64,000 bases of DNA from Cyanobacteriota bacterium (GTDB taxonomy: Bacteria; Cyanobacteriota; Cyanobacteriia; PCC-6307; Cyanobiaceae), in assembly GCA_046342315.1 (NCBI GenBank), contig JBKDPV010000025.1, forward strand, positions 1,227 through 65,226, in the 5' to 3' direction. This document shows positions 37,282-47,697 of the stretch, one piece after another. The stretch's first letter is position 1. The number at the start of each line of letters is the position of its first letter. A program made the position numbers and the translations under genes. Below the pieces are notes generated by a model. It did not search any database and had not been told where the DNA came from. It saw nothing but the letters and a program-made list of their open reading frames with translations.

Positions 37282-37851
37282 ATGGCCCCCTTCCGAATGC
37301 AGCGGGTTCTGGCGGTCGATGGCCACAGCATGTTCTATGCCCAGCAGAAGATGGGCTGGTTCTTCGATCCCAGGCGGCTGCTGGAACTGGCCGCCGAGCC
37401 GGAGGCTGTGGAGCTGGCCAGCGCCTTCTGGTACGCGGGCCTGAAGGACCCCTCCGACCAGCGGCCGTTCCGTGATGCGCTCACCAGCCTGGGCTTCACG
37501 GTGCGCACCCGTCCCCTGCGGGAACTGCCGCCCGCCTCCGGCAGTCCGCAGACCGAGGGCGAAGGGCGCCAGTTCGCCCGCGCCAACCTCGACGTGGAGA
37601 TCGCCATCGATCTGATGGCGGTGGCCCATCGCTGCCAGGAGGTGTGGCTGCTCAGCGGCAGCCGCGATCTCGAACGGCTGGTGGAGGTGCTGCGGGCCCG
37701 GGGCCTGCGGATCGTGGTGCTGAGCACCGATGGCATGGTGGCCCGGGAGCTGCGCAACGCTGCCGATCGCTTCGTGGATCTGACTTCCCTGCGGCCGCGG
37801 CTGGAGCGCTCCGAGGCCCTGCAGGCCCCGGTGTTCAGCCGCAACCACTGA
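37282..37851 (+). CDS. labA: LabA-family NYN-domain protein
   Basis: VDGHSMFYAQQKMGWFFDPRR, NLDVEIAIDL, LLSGSRD and ELRNAADRFVDL. Confidence 0.8.
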   Translation: MAPFRMQRVLAVDGHSMFYAQQKMGWFFDPRRLLELAAEPEAVELASAFWYAGLKDPSDQRPFRDALTSLGFTVRTRPLRELPPASGSPQTEGEGRQFARANLDVEIAIDLMAVAHRCQEVWLLSGSRDLERLVEVLRARGLRIVVLSTDGMVARELRNAADRFVDLTSLRPRLERSEALQAPVFSRNH

Positions 37852-37920
37852 AGCGCGGACCCGGGGCGGGGCTGGCCCTAGGATGGCTCTTACTCATAGT
37901 CACTTCGCTTAGGCATTCCG

Positions 37921-39546
37921 ATGGCCCGCGATCCCGGTCGGGTACTGATCTTCGACACCACGCTCCGCGATGGCGAGCAGTCGCCCGGCGCCAGTCTGAA
38001 CCTCGAGGAGAAGCTGGCCATCGCCCAGCAGCTGGCCCGTCTCGGCGTCGACATCATTGAAGCCGGCTTCCCCTTTGCCAGCTCCGGCGATTTCAACGCC
38101 GTGCAGCGCATCGCGGCCAGCGTCGGAACCCCCGACGGTCCGGTGATCTGCGGCCTCGCCCGCGCCGCCGCCGGTGACATCAAGGCCTGCGCCGAGGCCG
38201 TGGCCCCCGCCGCCCGCCGCCGCATCCACACCTTCATCGCCACCAGCGACATCCATCTCGAGCACAAGCTGCGCAAGAGCCGCGCCGAGGTGCTCACCAT
38301 CACCCGCGAGATGGTCGCCTATGCCCGCTCCCTCGTCGACGACGTGGAGTTCTCCTGCGAGGACGCCGGTCGCAGCGATCCGGAGTACATGCACCAGGTG
38401 ATCGAGGCGGCGATCGAGGCCGGCGCCACCACCATCAACATCCCCGACACCGTCGGCTATGCCACCCCGGCCGAGTTCGGCGAGCTGATCGCCGGCATCA
38501 ACCGGTCCGTGCCCAACATCGACCGTGCCGTGATCTCGGTTCACGGCCACAACGACCTCGGCCTGGCGGTGGCCAACTTCCTGGAGGCCGTCAAGAACGG
38601 TGCCCGCCAGCTCGAGTGCACGGTCAACGGCATCGGCGAGCGGGCCGGCAACGCCTCGCTCGAGGAGCTGGTGATGGCGCTGCACGTGCGCCGCAGCTAC
38701 TTCACTCCCTTCCTCGGCCGGCCCGCAGGCAGCAGCGAGCCGCTCACTGGCGTGCGCACCGAGGAGATCACCAAGACCTCGCGACTGGTGAGCAACCTCA
38801 CCGGCATGGCGGTGCAGCCCAACAAGGCGATCGTGGGGGCCAACGCCTTCGCCCACGAGTCGGGCATCCACCAGGACGGTGTGCTCAAGAACCGCCTGAC
38901 CTACGAGATCATCGACGCCCGCACCGTCGGCCTCACCGACAACCGCATCTCCCTGGGCAAGCTCTCCGGCCGCAGCGCCTTCCGCGCCCGGCTGGAGGAG
39001 CTCGGCTACACCCTCGAGGGCGAGGACCTCAACGACGCCTTCATCCGCTTCAAGGAACTCGCCGACCGCAAGCGGGAGATCACCGACCGGGATCTCGAGG
39101 CGATCGTGAGCGAACAGGTGCAGCAGCAGGGTGAGGCCACCTTCGTGCTCAAGGGCGTGCAGGTGAGCTGCGGCACCGGCCTGCGGCCCACCGCCACCGT
39201 CACCCTCGCCGGCCCCGACGGGGAGGAGCGCACCGAGGCAGCCCTCGGCACCGGCCCGGTGGATGCCGTCTGCCAGGCCCTCAACCGCCTGGCCGGCGTG
39301 CCCAACGAACTGATCGAGTTCAGCGTCAAGTCGGTCACCGAGGGGATCGACGCCATGGGCGAAGTCACGATCCGCCTGCGGGCCGATGGAGTGCTCTATT
39401 CGGGCCATTCCGCCGACACCGACATCGTGGTGGCGGCGGCCCAGGCCTTCGTCAACGCCCTCAACCGCCTGGTGACCGGCAGCCAGCGCTCGCCCCTGCA
39501 TCCCCAGAAGACCCCCCTGCCCCTGGCTGAGATGCCGCGGGTGTGA
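37921..39546 (+). CDS. leuA: 2-isopropylmalate synthase
   Basis: [29 protein letters not shown] and HESGIHQDG; C-terminal regulatory domain. Confidence 0.97.
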   Translation: MARDPGRVLIFDTTLRDGEQSPGASLNLEEKLAIAQQLARLGVDIIEAGFPFASSGDFNAVQRIAASVGTPDGPVICGLARAAAGDIKACAEAVAPAARRRIHTFIATSDIHLEHKLRKSRAEVLTITREMVAYARSLVDDVEFSCEDAGRSDPEYMHQVIEAAIEAGATTINIPDTVGYATPAEFGELIAGINRSVPNIDRAVISVHGHNDLGLAVANFLEAVKNGARQLECTVNGIGERAGNASLEELVMALHVRRSYFTPFLGRPAGSSEPLTGVRTEEITKTSRLVSNLTGMAVQPNKAIVGANAFAHESGIHQDGVLKNRLTYEIIDARTVGLTDNRISLGKLSGRSAFRARLEELGYTLEGEDLNDAFIRFKELADRKREITDRDLEAIVSEQVQQQGEATFVLKGVQVSCGTGLRPTATVTLAGPDGEERTEAALGTGPVDAVCQALNRLAGVPNELIEFSVKSVTEGIDAMGEVTIRLRADGVLYSGHSADTDIVVAAAQAFVNALNRLVTGSQRSPLHPQKTPLPLAEMPRV

Positions 39547-39548
39547 CC

Positions 39549-39995
39549 ATGAGCCGTGGATTGCGTCAGCTGCTGCTCTGGGGCTTTGGCCTGCTGCGCT
39601 GGCTGATCTGGCTCGTGGCCCTGGGCTTTCTGTTGCTCGAGGCGCGCGAGCTCACGGCACAGCGGCAACTGACGCAGATCACGGTCTTCGCGGTGCTGTT
39701 CCTGGTGGCGAGCTTCCAGCTCAGCACGGCGCGGTTCCTGGTGACGGGGCCTGATGCAGGCGAGGCCCCGACCGTCCTGCAGAGCGCCTTGGCGATGTTC
39801 GCCGCCTCGCTGTTCTCGGTTCTCGACGGCGCCCTCGATCAGATTTTCGTCTTGCTGCCCGCCGGCGCAGCGGGCAGTGCTGCGCCTCTCCTGCATCTCC
39901 TGAACTGGGCCGTCAATCTTGCCTGCATGGTTCTCGCCCTTGCCTCGATCGAGTTGTTCCTCGCCACGCTGCGCCGTCTGATCGCCCGCTTCTGA
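39549..39995 (+). CDS. Hypothetical membrane protein (about 4 TM)
   Basis: Hydrophobic ORF starting 2 nt after the leuA stop. Confidence 0.55.
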   Translation: MSRGLRQLLLWGFGLLRWLIWLVALGFLLLEARELTAQRQLTQITVFAVLFLVASFQLSTARFLVTGPDAGEAPTVLQSALAMFAASLFSVLDGALDQIFVLLPAGAAGSAAPLLHLLNWAVNLACMVLALASIELFLATLRRLIARF

Positions 39996-40154
39996 AACCG
40001 CACGCGCATGCAGGCCGATGCGGCCCTGAACCAGGAGATGCCGCACCACTGGGAGGGTCTGGTCGAGACGTGCTCGGTGCTGGGCCGGGAGCGTGAGCAG
40101 CCGCAAGCCTCTCAGAGGGCGTGGAGCATGGGAGTCCCTGCCGTGCGCCCATTG

Positions 40155-41219
40155 TCAGCCTCCTGGGGCTGCCAGCTCAGCCAGTTCCGTCGCCGCGCCG
40201 CAAGCGGGGCAGTAGGGATAGAAGGCCGGGTGGTGGTGCTCGCAGCGCTGGCAGTGGGTCTGGATGCGCAGTCCGCAGTGCATGCAGTAATCGGGCAGCG
40301 GGGCACCTGCCGCGGCGAGCGAGCGTTCACAACTGGGGCACTGGCGCCGGGCCAGGCTCTGCAGCGCCTTCTCATAGCGGATCTGCTGCAGGCGTTCCTC
40401 CTGCGGGGCCTGCTGTTCCGATTGCTTGCGCTGCAGATAGGTCCGCAGCCAGCGCATCAGCCCCCGGCCGCCCAGGTAGGTGAGCAACGCGCCGATGCCG
40501 TAGCGGATATAGGCGCCGAAGCTGGGCAGGTAGGGGACCAGTTCCACGAAGAAGGCGAACAGGGCGAACAGCAGGAAGCCCCAGACGAAGGGCCACTGTT
40601 CACCGCCGCGATGGCGGCGGAACAGGTGCACCGACAGCGCCAGCACGGGCAGCACGAATCCCAGACGGATCAGGAAAGCGATCCATTGATGGCGGCTGAG
40701 GGCCACGGCATACGCCTGCTGAGCGCGCCGCTCCAGATCGGAGCGCTTTCGTTGCAGCGGCTCCAGACGGGTCTGGAGCGCCTGCTGCCGCTGCTCCAGC
40801 TGTCGCTGCTGCTCGGCCAGCTGGCGTTCCTGCTCCAGCCAGGCATCGAGCTGGCGGGCCCGCTGCAGCACCTCGGGGTTCTGATCGCTCTGGGCGGTCA
40901 CGGCCCGGGCCGCCTGCCAGGTCTCGAAGCTCTGCCGCTCGCGCCGCAGATTCTCCTGGGCGACGCCACGCCGGCGCCTCAACGCGCCGATCTCCACCTG
41001 CAGCCGCTGCCGCTGCTCCTGCAGCGGCGCGATCGCCTCCTGCACGCTCCGCAGGGCTGATTCCTGGCGGAACTGGGAGATCTGCGGGGCCCGGCTGAGC
41101 AGGGGCAGATCGGCGATCAGGCTGGCGCCCACCTGGATCAGGAACCAGGCGAACAGCACGGCGATCGTCCACTGACCGGCGCGCACCAGCCGTTCGGGGC
41201 CGCGGGATGGGCTGAGCAT
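40155..41219 (-). CDS. Membrane protein with long coiled coil and C-terminal double zinc ribbon
   Basis: TM, Q/R/E-rich heptads, 3 TM, then CPSC...CMHC...CQRC...CPAC. Confidence 0.72.
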   Translation of the reverse strand: MLSPSRGPERLVRAGQWTIAVLFAWFLIQVGASLIADLPLLSRAPQISQFRQESALRSVQEAIAPLQEQRQRLQVEIGALRRRRGVAQENLRRERQSFETWQAARAVTAQSDQNPEVLQRARQLDAWLEQERQLAEQQRQLEQRQQALQTRLEPLQRKRSDLERRAQQAYAVALSRHQWIAFLIRLGFVLPVLALSVHLFRRHRGGEQWPFVWGFLLFALFAFFVELVPYLPSFGAYIRYGIGALLTYLGGRGLMRWLRTYLQRKQSEQQAPQEERLQQIRYEKALQSLARRQCPSCERSLAAAGAPLPDYCMHCGLRIQTHCQRCEHHHPAFYPYCPACGAATELAELAAPGG

Positions 41220-41372
41220 GGTGGCGAAGCGACAACCCATGCTGATCAGCGCTGCCACCCGGGTCACCCCGCCCTCGCCCCTCCCACCTCCAGCTGGCAG
41301 CAGACTGGCCCGCGCGGCCTCCTTGGGCCGGCGCCAGCCGCCCAGTCCCCCCCTGTCCATCCTTCCTGCGCC

Positions 41373-42221
41373 ATGGCCCCGACCGCCACTGCAACGCCCC
41401 GCCCGCCCCTGGCCGCCGCGCTGTAGCTGGCGGCCCTGCTGCTGGTGGCCGTGCTGATGCTGCTGCCGCTGCTGTGGCTGGTGAGCACTTCGCTCAAGGG
41501 GCCCGCCGAAGACATCTTCACCAGCCCGCCGGCGCTGCTGCCCGCCCAGCCGAGCCTGGAGGCCTACGGGCGTCTGTTCGCCGACCATCCGATCGGCACC
41601 TATCTGCTCAACAGCACCATCGTCAGCGCCCTGGCCGTGGCGGCCAACCTGCTGTTCTGCTCTCTGGCGGCCTACCCCCTGGCCCGGCTGCGCTTCGCCG
41701 GCCGCGGCCTGGTGCTGGCCCTGGTGGTGGCCACGATCCTGATCCCCTTCCAGGTGGTGATGATTCCCCTCTATCTGCTGATGGTGGAGATCGGGTTGCG
41801 CAACACCCTCTGGGCCCTGATCCTGCCCCAGGCTGCCACCGCCTTCGGCATCTTTCTGCTGCGCCAGAGCTTCCTGGCGGTGCCGGTGGAGCTGGAGGAG
41901 GCGGCCCGGATCGACGGCTGCTCGCCGCTGGGGGAGTGGTGGAACGTGATGCTGCCGGCGGCCCGGGCCGATCTGATCACCCTGGCGATGTTCGTGTTCA
42001 TCGGCACCTGGAGCGATTTCCTGTGGCCGCTGATCATCCTCGACGATCCAGGCCTGTTCACCCTGCCGCTGGGCCTGCAGCAGCTCGCCAGCAGCTTCTC
42101 GCTCGACTGGCGGTTGGTGGCGGCCGGTTCGGTGGTGTCGATCCTGCCGGTGCTTCTGCTGTTCGTGCTGCTGCAGCGTTTCATCCTGCCCAGCGCCAGC
42201 GGCGATGCCGTGAAGGGCTGA
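41373..42221 (+). CDS. Carbohydrate ABC transporter permease with in-frame TAG at codon 18 (41424-41426); alternative start GTG at 41445
   Basis: SLAAYPLARLRF, ELEEAARIDG (EAA motif) and WSDFLWPL; ATG 41373 and GTG 41445 are in the same frame, separated by TAG. Confidence 0.8.
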
Positions 42222-42292
42222 CAGGGTTGCGGCGCCTCTAGCGCAGGGCATGGCCGCGGCCTTGTCTTCGTCCTGTCGGTTGCTACCGGTTT

Positions 42293-42772
42293 TCAGCGGG
42301 TGTCGGCCGGGCCGGGCCGAAGCACCCCGCTGCCGCTCCGCTGGGCCGGGGTGAACGGCCGGGCCTGGGGCAGCAGATAGCTCGGCCCAGGAGGCTCCGG
42401 TAGGACGGCTGGAGGCATTCCTGCGGTGGGACTCTGGCCCGGTGGCGGGGTTGCCTGGCGCAGCTGCTGCAGCTCCGAGCGCATCTCATCGCGCTCCCGC
42501 CGGGTGCTCTCGAGCTCCTCGCGCTGTCCATCGAGCCCCTGCATCCGCTCGGCAAGGGTGCGCAGTTGCTGCTCCAGGGCTGCGGTGCGATCGAGGGAAC
42601 GGCTGTTCTCGACACCCTGCAGCCGCATCTCCAGCTGCTGCAGGCGCTGGTTCTGGTCGCGGCTCTTGATCAGCAGCATCACGAACAGCACCGCCAGCAG
42701 GGTGCTGACACCGATCTGAAGCCAGGGCAGCCAGACGGGCCCCTCGGCATCGGAATCGAACCCGAAGGCCAT
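42293..42772 (-). CDS. Hypothetical protein: TM, coiled coil, Pro-rich tail
   Basis: WLQIGVSTLLAVLFVMLLI helix followed by heptad-like Q/E/L repeats. Confidence 0.6.
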   Translation of the reverse strand: MAFGFDSDAEGPVWLPWLQIGVSTLLAVLFVMLLIKSRDQNQRLQQLEMRLQGVENSRSLDRTAALEQQLRTLAERMQGLDGQREELESTRRERDEMRSELQQLRQATPPPGQSPTAGMPPAVLPEPPGPSYLLPQARPFTPAQRSGSGVLRPGPADTR

Positions 42773-42812
42773 TGCCCTTAGGCAGAAACGAAGTGGGCTG
42801 ATTCTGACGGGC

Positions 42813-44327
42813 TTACACGATCAGTGCCGCTCCCTGGCCCCGGCGGGCTTCGCCCCCGGCCAGCAGCCGCTGCTCGGTGGCCCGGTACACGGCGACGGCC
42901 TGCTCGGCCGAGCGCCCGATGCAGGTCATGCCGAGCTTGCCGTACTCCGACAGGCACCCCAGCAGATGGAACACACTGCCCTGCAGCTTGGCGGGGTCGT
43001 AATGGAGGCCCGCCTCGGCCACGATGTCGATCAGGTCCACCGGCAGCAGCCCCTGCAGCCGCGGATCGCAGAGGTTGTCGGTGGCCATGTAGTGCAGGGG
43101 CTCGCCGGTGGGGGAGAGGAACAGGCCGCTGGCGGGATCGAGCCAGCCGGTGGTGATCGCCCGCAGCGCCATGAACGGGTGGGTGGTGCCGCCCTGGCGC
43201 AGGTTCACTTCGATCGCCTGCAGATCCCACGCCTCCCCGAAGCGGCGGGCGATGAAGTCGACCGCGTAGCGCTCCAGCGCCCCTTCGGCGGCCAGGGCCT
43301 CGCCCACCGCCCGCCCGTGGCGCATGAGTTCCATCCGGTATTCGCTCTCGGCCGGAAAGCGGCAGCCCAGATAGGTCTGGCCGCTGGGGCCGCCGAGGAT
43401 CTGCTCATGGGTGGAGAGCACCTCCACCTGTCCACCCGGATGGATCGTCCCCTGCACGCTGGGGGAGCGGAGCTCCTGTCCGCCCTGCAGCCAGGCCTCC
43501 ACCAGGGAGCCCTGCCGGGCCAGCAGGTCTCGCCACCCCAGGGCGGGCATCGGCAGGGTCTCGAGGGCCTGCCGCAGGCGCCGCCGCCGTTCCGCACCGC
43601 TCGCCCCTGGCAGGTCCAGGGGCCGCAGGTCAAGCGGAGCGTTGCCCTCACCGCTGAAGCCTTCGTTCAGCTTCACCACGATCCGCTCCAGGGCGGGATC
43701 CGCCTCCCAGAGGTCGGCCGCCGCCTCGGCCAGCCCGTCGAGATCGTGCACCAGGGCGCTGCCAGGGGGGTGGGGTACGCCGCAGCGAGCGAACAGGCTG
43801 CGGCTGCCGGCCTTGCTGCCCCACCAGCCGAGGGCCGGGTCCGTACCCAGCAGCGGCACCTGCAGGCGCTCGGAGAGTTCCTTCTCCAGTTCCGTCACCA
43901 CGAAGCAGGCGAGATAGCTGCGCCCCGGCCGCAGCAGCTCGGCGATCCGGCCCAGCAGTGCCGGCCGCTCCAGCAGCTTGGCCGTGAGCGGCCGGTCGGA
44001 CGCGTCGTCGGCATCGAACAGGTGCAGACGACGGCGGGCATGGGAGGTGGGAACGCCCGGCAGCAGTTCCAGCACGGCATCCACCACCAGATCCGGCAGC
44101 AGCTTGCTGGTGACATAGATCATCCGCACGCCGGGATCCCGCAGCCGCACCAGGGAGAACAGCTGGCGCTCCTCGTAGTGGTGGGCGCCGGTCACCAGCT
44201 GCATCTGGGCCCGGTCCATCGTGAGCGACGGCACCATCAGCAGATCCAGGTCGGGCCCCAGCCCTCCCTGGTCCTGGGCCCACTCCGGCTGCAGGGTCGC
44301 CTGGAGGTCGGCGAAGCTCAGTGCCAT
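42813..44327 (-). CDS. PGM1-related ATP-grasp peptide ligase
   Basis: HHYEERQLF, VKLNEGFSGEGNA, SPSVQG, LSTHEQILGG, IEVNLRQGGTTHPF and ATDNL. Confidence 0.78.
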   Translation of the reverse strand: MALSFADLQATLQPEWAQDQGGLGPDLDLLMVPSLTMDRAQMQLVTGAHHYEERQLFSLVRLRDPGVRMIYVTSKLLPDLVVDAVLELLPGVPTSHARRRLHLFDADDASDRPLTAKLLERPALLGRIAELLRPGRSYLACFVVTELEKELSERLQVPLLGTDPALGWWGSKAGSRSLFARCGVPHPPGSALVHDLDGLAEAAADLWEADPALERIVVKLNEGFSGEGNAPLDLRPLDLPGASGAERRRRLRQALETLPMPALGWRDLLARQGSLVEAWLQGGQELRSPSVQGTIHPGGQVEVLSTHEQILGGPSGQTYLGCRFPAESEYRMELMRHGRAVGEALAAEGALERYAVDFIARRFGEAWDLQAIEVNLRQGGTTHPFMALRAITTGWLDPASGLFLSPTGEPLHYMATDNLCDPRLQGLLPVDLIDIVAEAGLHYDPAKLQGSVFHLLGCLSEYGKLGMTCIGRSAEQAVAVYRATEQRLLAGGEARRGQGAALIV

Positions 44328-44446
44328 GGCGAGACGGAAGGGCGGCCCATGGTTGCCATCTTCCCCCCGGCCTCTCCCGGCAACTGCCCCCTTACGCCGC
44401 CGCCGCCGGCAGGCCAGAGTGAGGTCTCCACGCTGGTGGTTCGTCG

Positions 44447-44746
44447 ATGGCCCGGCCCCTGCCTGTGATGCTGCTGGGCTACACCGCAGCCACCCTCACC
44501 ACCTTGAGCTTCTTCCCTCAGGCCCTGCACACGGTGCGCACCGGGAACACCAGCGGCATTTCGCTGCCGATGTATGTGCTGTTCACCATCGGGATCACGC
44601 TCTGGGGCCTCTACGGTCTGATCACCGGCGACGGACCGCTGGTGGTGGCCAATGCCATCACCCTGGTGCCGGCCCTGGTGGTACTGGAGCGCACCCTGCG
44701 CGCCCGTCGCGCCGGTGCAGGCCTCAAGCTTTGGCGGGGCTGGTGA
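44447..44746 (+). CDS. SemiSWEET / PQ-loop transporter
   Basis: LTTLSFFPQ (PQ motif), TSGISL, LWGLYG and VANAITL; 3 TM. Confidence 0.85.
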   Translation: MARPLPVMLLGYTAATLTTLSFFPQALHTVRTGNTSGISLPMYVLFTIGITLWGLYGLITGDGPLVVANAITLVPALVVLERTLRARRAGAGLKLWRGW

Positions 44747-45129
44747 GCGGCGCCCCTGACGCGGCCGCCATCGACACGCTGCTCGTGGCGGTGGGGGCGG
44801 TGCCGGGGGCCTGGCTGCGCTTCGCGATGGTGAACCACCTGGCCCCCCGCCTTCCCCGTCGCCCCTGGGCCACCCTCGCCGTCAACCTGCTGGCCTGTCT
44901 CAGCCTGGGGGTCCTGGTGGCTCGTCTCGGACCCGGTGCGGTGGACCGTCCGTGGCTGCTGCTGCTGGGCACCGGCTTCCTCGGCAGTTTCAGCACCTTC
45001 TCCACCCTGATGGCCGAACTCCTCGACGACCTCCGCCACCGCCGGCCGGGCCAGGCGATGGTGCTCCTGCTGGTGTCGCTGGCGGGCGGATGGCTGGCCC
45101 TGCGCACAGGCCTTGCCCTGGGGGCCTGA
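44743..45129 (+). CDS. crcB: Fluoride channel Fluc/CrcB subunit 1
   Basis: GAVPGAWLRF, TLAVNLLAC and GFLGSFSTFS; GTGA overlap with SemiSWEET. Confidence 0.85.
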   Translation: MSGAPDAAAIDTLLVAVGAVPGAWLRFAMVNHLAPRLPRRPWATLAVNLLACLSLGVLVARLGPGAVDRPWLLLLGTGFLGSFSTFSTLMAELLDDLRHRRPGQAMVLLLVSLAGGWLALRTGLALGA

Positions 45130-45537
45130 GTGGTGGGGCGAGTCCGGTCCCCGCAGCCCACCTCCCCCAGGGGTGCCGCGTCCCTGCTGCTGGTGGCCGC
45201 TGGGGCCGTGCCGGGGGCCCTGCTGCGCTGGCGCCTTGGAGATCTGCTGGTGGCCAACCTGCTGGGAAGCCTGCTGATCGGCCTGATCGTGGCGGCGGGC
45301 GGGCGCTTCCCTCGCGTCGTGCTGCTCGGTGCCGTGGGTTTCTGTGGTTCCCTCACCAGCTACAGCACCTGGATTCTCGATCTGGAGCAGGCCCTGCGCT
45401 CAGGGGGAGCGGGAGCGGCGGCGGGCGTGCTGGCGGCCGTGCCGGCGGGGGTGGGCGCGGCGGCGGCGGGCCTGGCGATCGGCCGGCGGCTGGCCGGCCT
45501 CCATCGCCGCGATTTTGCCGTCCGCTTCAGGCGCTGA
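45130..45537 (+). CDS. crcB: Fluoride channel Fluc/CrcB subunit 2
   Basis: GAVPGALLRW, VANLLGSLLIG and GFCGSLTSYS; abuts subunit 1. Confidence 0.8.
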   Translation: MVGRVRSPQPTSPRGAASLLLVAAGAVPGALLRWRLGDLLVANLLGSLLIGLIVAAGGRFPRVVLLGAVGFCGSLTSYSTWILDLEQALRSGGAGAAAGVLAAVPAGVGAAAAGLAIGRRLAGLHRRDFAVRFRR

Positions 45538-47620
45538 AGGCCTTGCCGGCGGGGATGGGATAGGGGATGCGCCGGTGGCGCATGCGCCGCCACACCCGCA
45601 CGAAGGCACGGATCACCAGTTCCAGCTCGGCGCGGCCGATGCCGCTGCCCGCCAGCTGGCCGTCGCGCATGCGCGCTTCGACGATCCGTCGCACCATCGC
45701 GCGGGCCTCCTCTTCGCGCGTGCCGGGGGGCAGGGAGCGCAGGGCGGCCTCGCAGCCGTCGGCGAGCATCAGGATCGCCGTCTCGCGGCTGCGGGGGATC
45801 GGCCCTCGGTAGCGGAACCGCTCTTCGGGCACCGAGGGATCCTGGGCGCGGGCCTGGTGCAGGAAGTACCCCATCTTCAGCGTCCCTTGGTGCTCGGGGA
45901 TGAAATCGGCCAGGGGACGGGGCAGCCGGTAGCGCCGGGCCAGCTTGAGACCCTCATCCACGTGGGCCTGGAGGATCGCGGCGCTGCCGTAGGGGTCGTT
46001 GAGGGCGTCGTGGGGATTCAGTCCCTCCTCCTGGTTCTCGATGAACCAGTTCGGCGCATGCAGCTTGCCGACGTCGTGATAGAGCGCGCCGGTGCGGATC
46101 AGGTCGATGTCGGCGTGGATGGCCCGGGCTCCCTCTTCCGCCAGTCCGCAGATCATCAGGGTGTGCTCGAACGTTCCCGGCGCTTCGGTGGAGAGGCGGC
46201 GCAGCAGAGGGCGCTCAAGGTCGGCCAGCTCCAGCAGCCGGGCCCGCGTGAGCAGGCCGAAGAAGCTCTCCACCAGAGGGGCCAGCAGCAGACCGCCGAG
46301 GAGCAGGCCGCCCACGAGCAAGGCCTCGCTCAGCAGGTCGGCGGTGGTGGGCACCGGCGACTCCAGTCCCTCCGCCACCCTGGGCAGCTGCAGGGCCAGT
46401 CCCTGCAGCAGCAGGGCTCCCACCGGCAGCAGCACTGCCAGCTGCAGCAGCTGGGCCCGGTTGCGCTGCCTCCCCGCCAGCACCGCTGCCAGGGTGCCCA
46501 CAAGGGCCGCCACCACCAGCCGCATCTCCAGCACCCGATCCAGCGGGAACGGCCACAGCAGGCTGGCGATCGCCAGCCAGGCCAGGCCCGCCATCGTGCC
46601 CAGCCCCTGGGCCAGCAGCAGGGTGGCCGGCACCAGCAGCGCCAGGGGGCTGGCGTGGCTGCCGAGCCAGAGCTTCAGCCCCTGCACCACCACCAGCATC
46701 CCCAGGGCGAGCACGGCCTGGCGGGCCTCCAGGCTGGCGCGCCAGCGGCGCATCACCAGCAGCATCACCGTCACCCCCGCCAGGGCCTCGGCGAAGTGGC
46801 CGAACCAGGCCAGCGGCCGGGGCCGGCGGTTGATCAGGCCGAAGCTGTCGAGCACGTCGAACGCCTGGGGCGTGATCGTCTCCCCCTGGCGCACCACCAG
46901 ATCGCCTTTGCGCACCCGGATCGTGGGGATGCCCTGAAGGGTCACCAGCTCCTCGATGCGCCGCTGGCTCAGGAAGGCATCACCGCGCAGGTTGCTGCGG
47001 CCCTGCAGGGTTCCCGCCACCAGGCGGCTGCCAAGGCTGCGCCCGGGCGGAGGCTGGTCGTCCAGCTGGAGGCTGGCGGCCTGCAGGAGGGGGGCATCGG
47101 CCACATTGGCAACGATCCCCTGGGTCAGCATGCGCAGCTGGCTCTGACGCACCGCCCGCTGCCAAGAGACCAGCTGCTCCGGCGTGAGCGAGCTCAGCCA
47201 GAGGCGTTCCTCGGGTGTGACGTTGAGGGGATCCACCCGAGGCTGGCCGCTCGCCACCATCAGCTGGAGCTGCTGCAGCCGCCGATCGAGCTGGGCCTGG
47301 AGCTGGAGGCTGCTCCGCTCATCCACCACCTGGATCTGGGCGCGCGGTCCGGCCTGGCTGCGGCGCTGCTCCAGGGCCATGCTGTTGACCACCGTGGCGT
47401 CGCGGGGGGCCCGCAGGGTGAACGGGGCTGGAACGCCGGGCCGCAGGCTCGGCTCCACCAGCCAGGGCCAGCTGCTCAGCAGCGCCACCAGCACGCAAGC
47501 CAGGGCCACGCCGGCCATGGCCCCCGTCCGCCAGGCCACCAGGGCCTGGCGGGGACGTTCGAGGCGCAGCAGCCGGCGCCACAGCACCTGGATCCGGCGC
47601 CATCCGTTCCGCATGGCCAA
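45527..47620 (-). CDS. 7TM-HD (HDIG) phosphohydrolase, PgpH-like
   Basis: [35 protein letters not shown] and MLADGCEAA; extracellular N-domain plus about 7 TM. Confidence 0.88.
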   Translation of the reverse strand: MAMRNGWRRIQVLWRRLLRLERPRQALVAWRTGAMAGVALACVLVALLSSWPWLVEPSLRPGVPAPFTLRAPRDATVVNSMALEQRRSQAGPRAQIQVVDERSSLQLQAQLDRRLQQLQLMVASGQPRVDPLNVTPEERLWLSSLTPEQLVSWQRAVRQSQLRMLTQGIVANVADAPLLQAASLQLDDQPPPGRSLGSRLVAGTLQGRSNLRGDAFLSQRRIEELVTLQGIPTIRVRKGDLVVRQGETITPQAFDVLDSFGLINRRPRPLAWFGHFAEALAGVTVMLLVMRRWRASLEARQAVLALGMLVVVQGLKLWLGSHASPLALLVPATLLLAQGLGTMAGLAWLAIASLLWPFPLDRVLEMRLVVAALVGTLAAVLAGRQRNRAQLLQLAVLLPVGALLLQGLALQLPRVAEGLESPVPTTADLLSEALLVGGLLLGGLLLAPLVESFFGLLTRARLLELADLERPLLRRLSTEAPGTFEHTLMICGLAEEGARAIHADIDLIRTGALYHDVGKLHAPNWFIENQEEGLNPHDALNDPYGSAAILQAHVDEGLKLARRYRLPRPLADFIPEHQGTLKMGYFLHQARAQDPSVPEERFRYRGPIPRSRETAILMLADGCEAALRSLPPGTREEEARAMVRRIVEARMRDGQLAGSGIGRAELELVIRAFVRVWRRMRHRRIPYPIPAGKAFSA

Positions 47621-47697
47621 ACGCTAGCCGTGCTGCCCACGGGCCCGTTTCGCGACCCTCCGGGTTGCATGCTGGTTTGCGAACCCTCCGCCCTGCC

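Noticed and set aside
44328-44470. Possible fluoride riboswitch upstream of the fluC genes
   Set aside because: ATGGTTGCCAT is a superficial match, but the 3' GAUG...CUAC pseudoknot element is not correctly placed.
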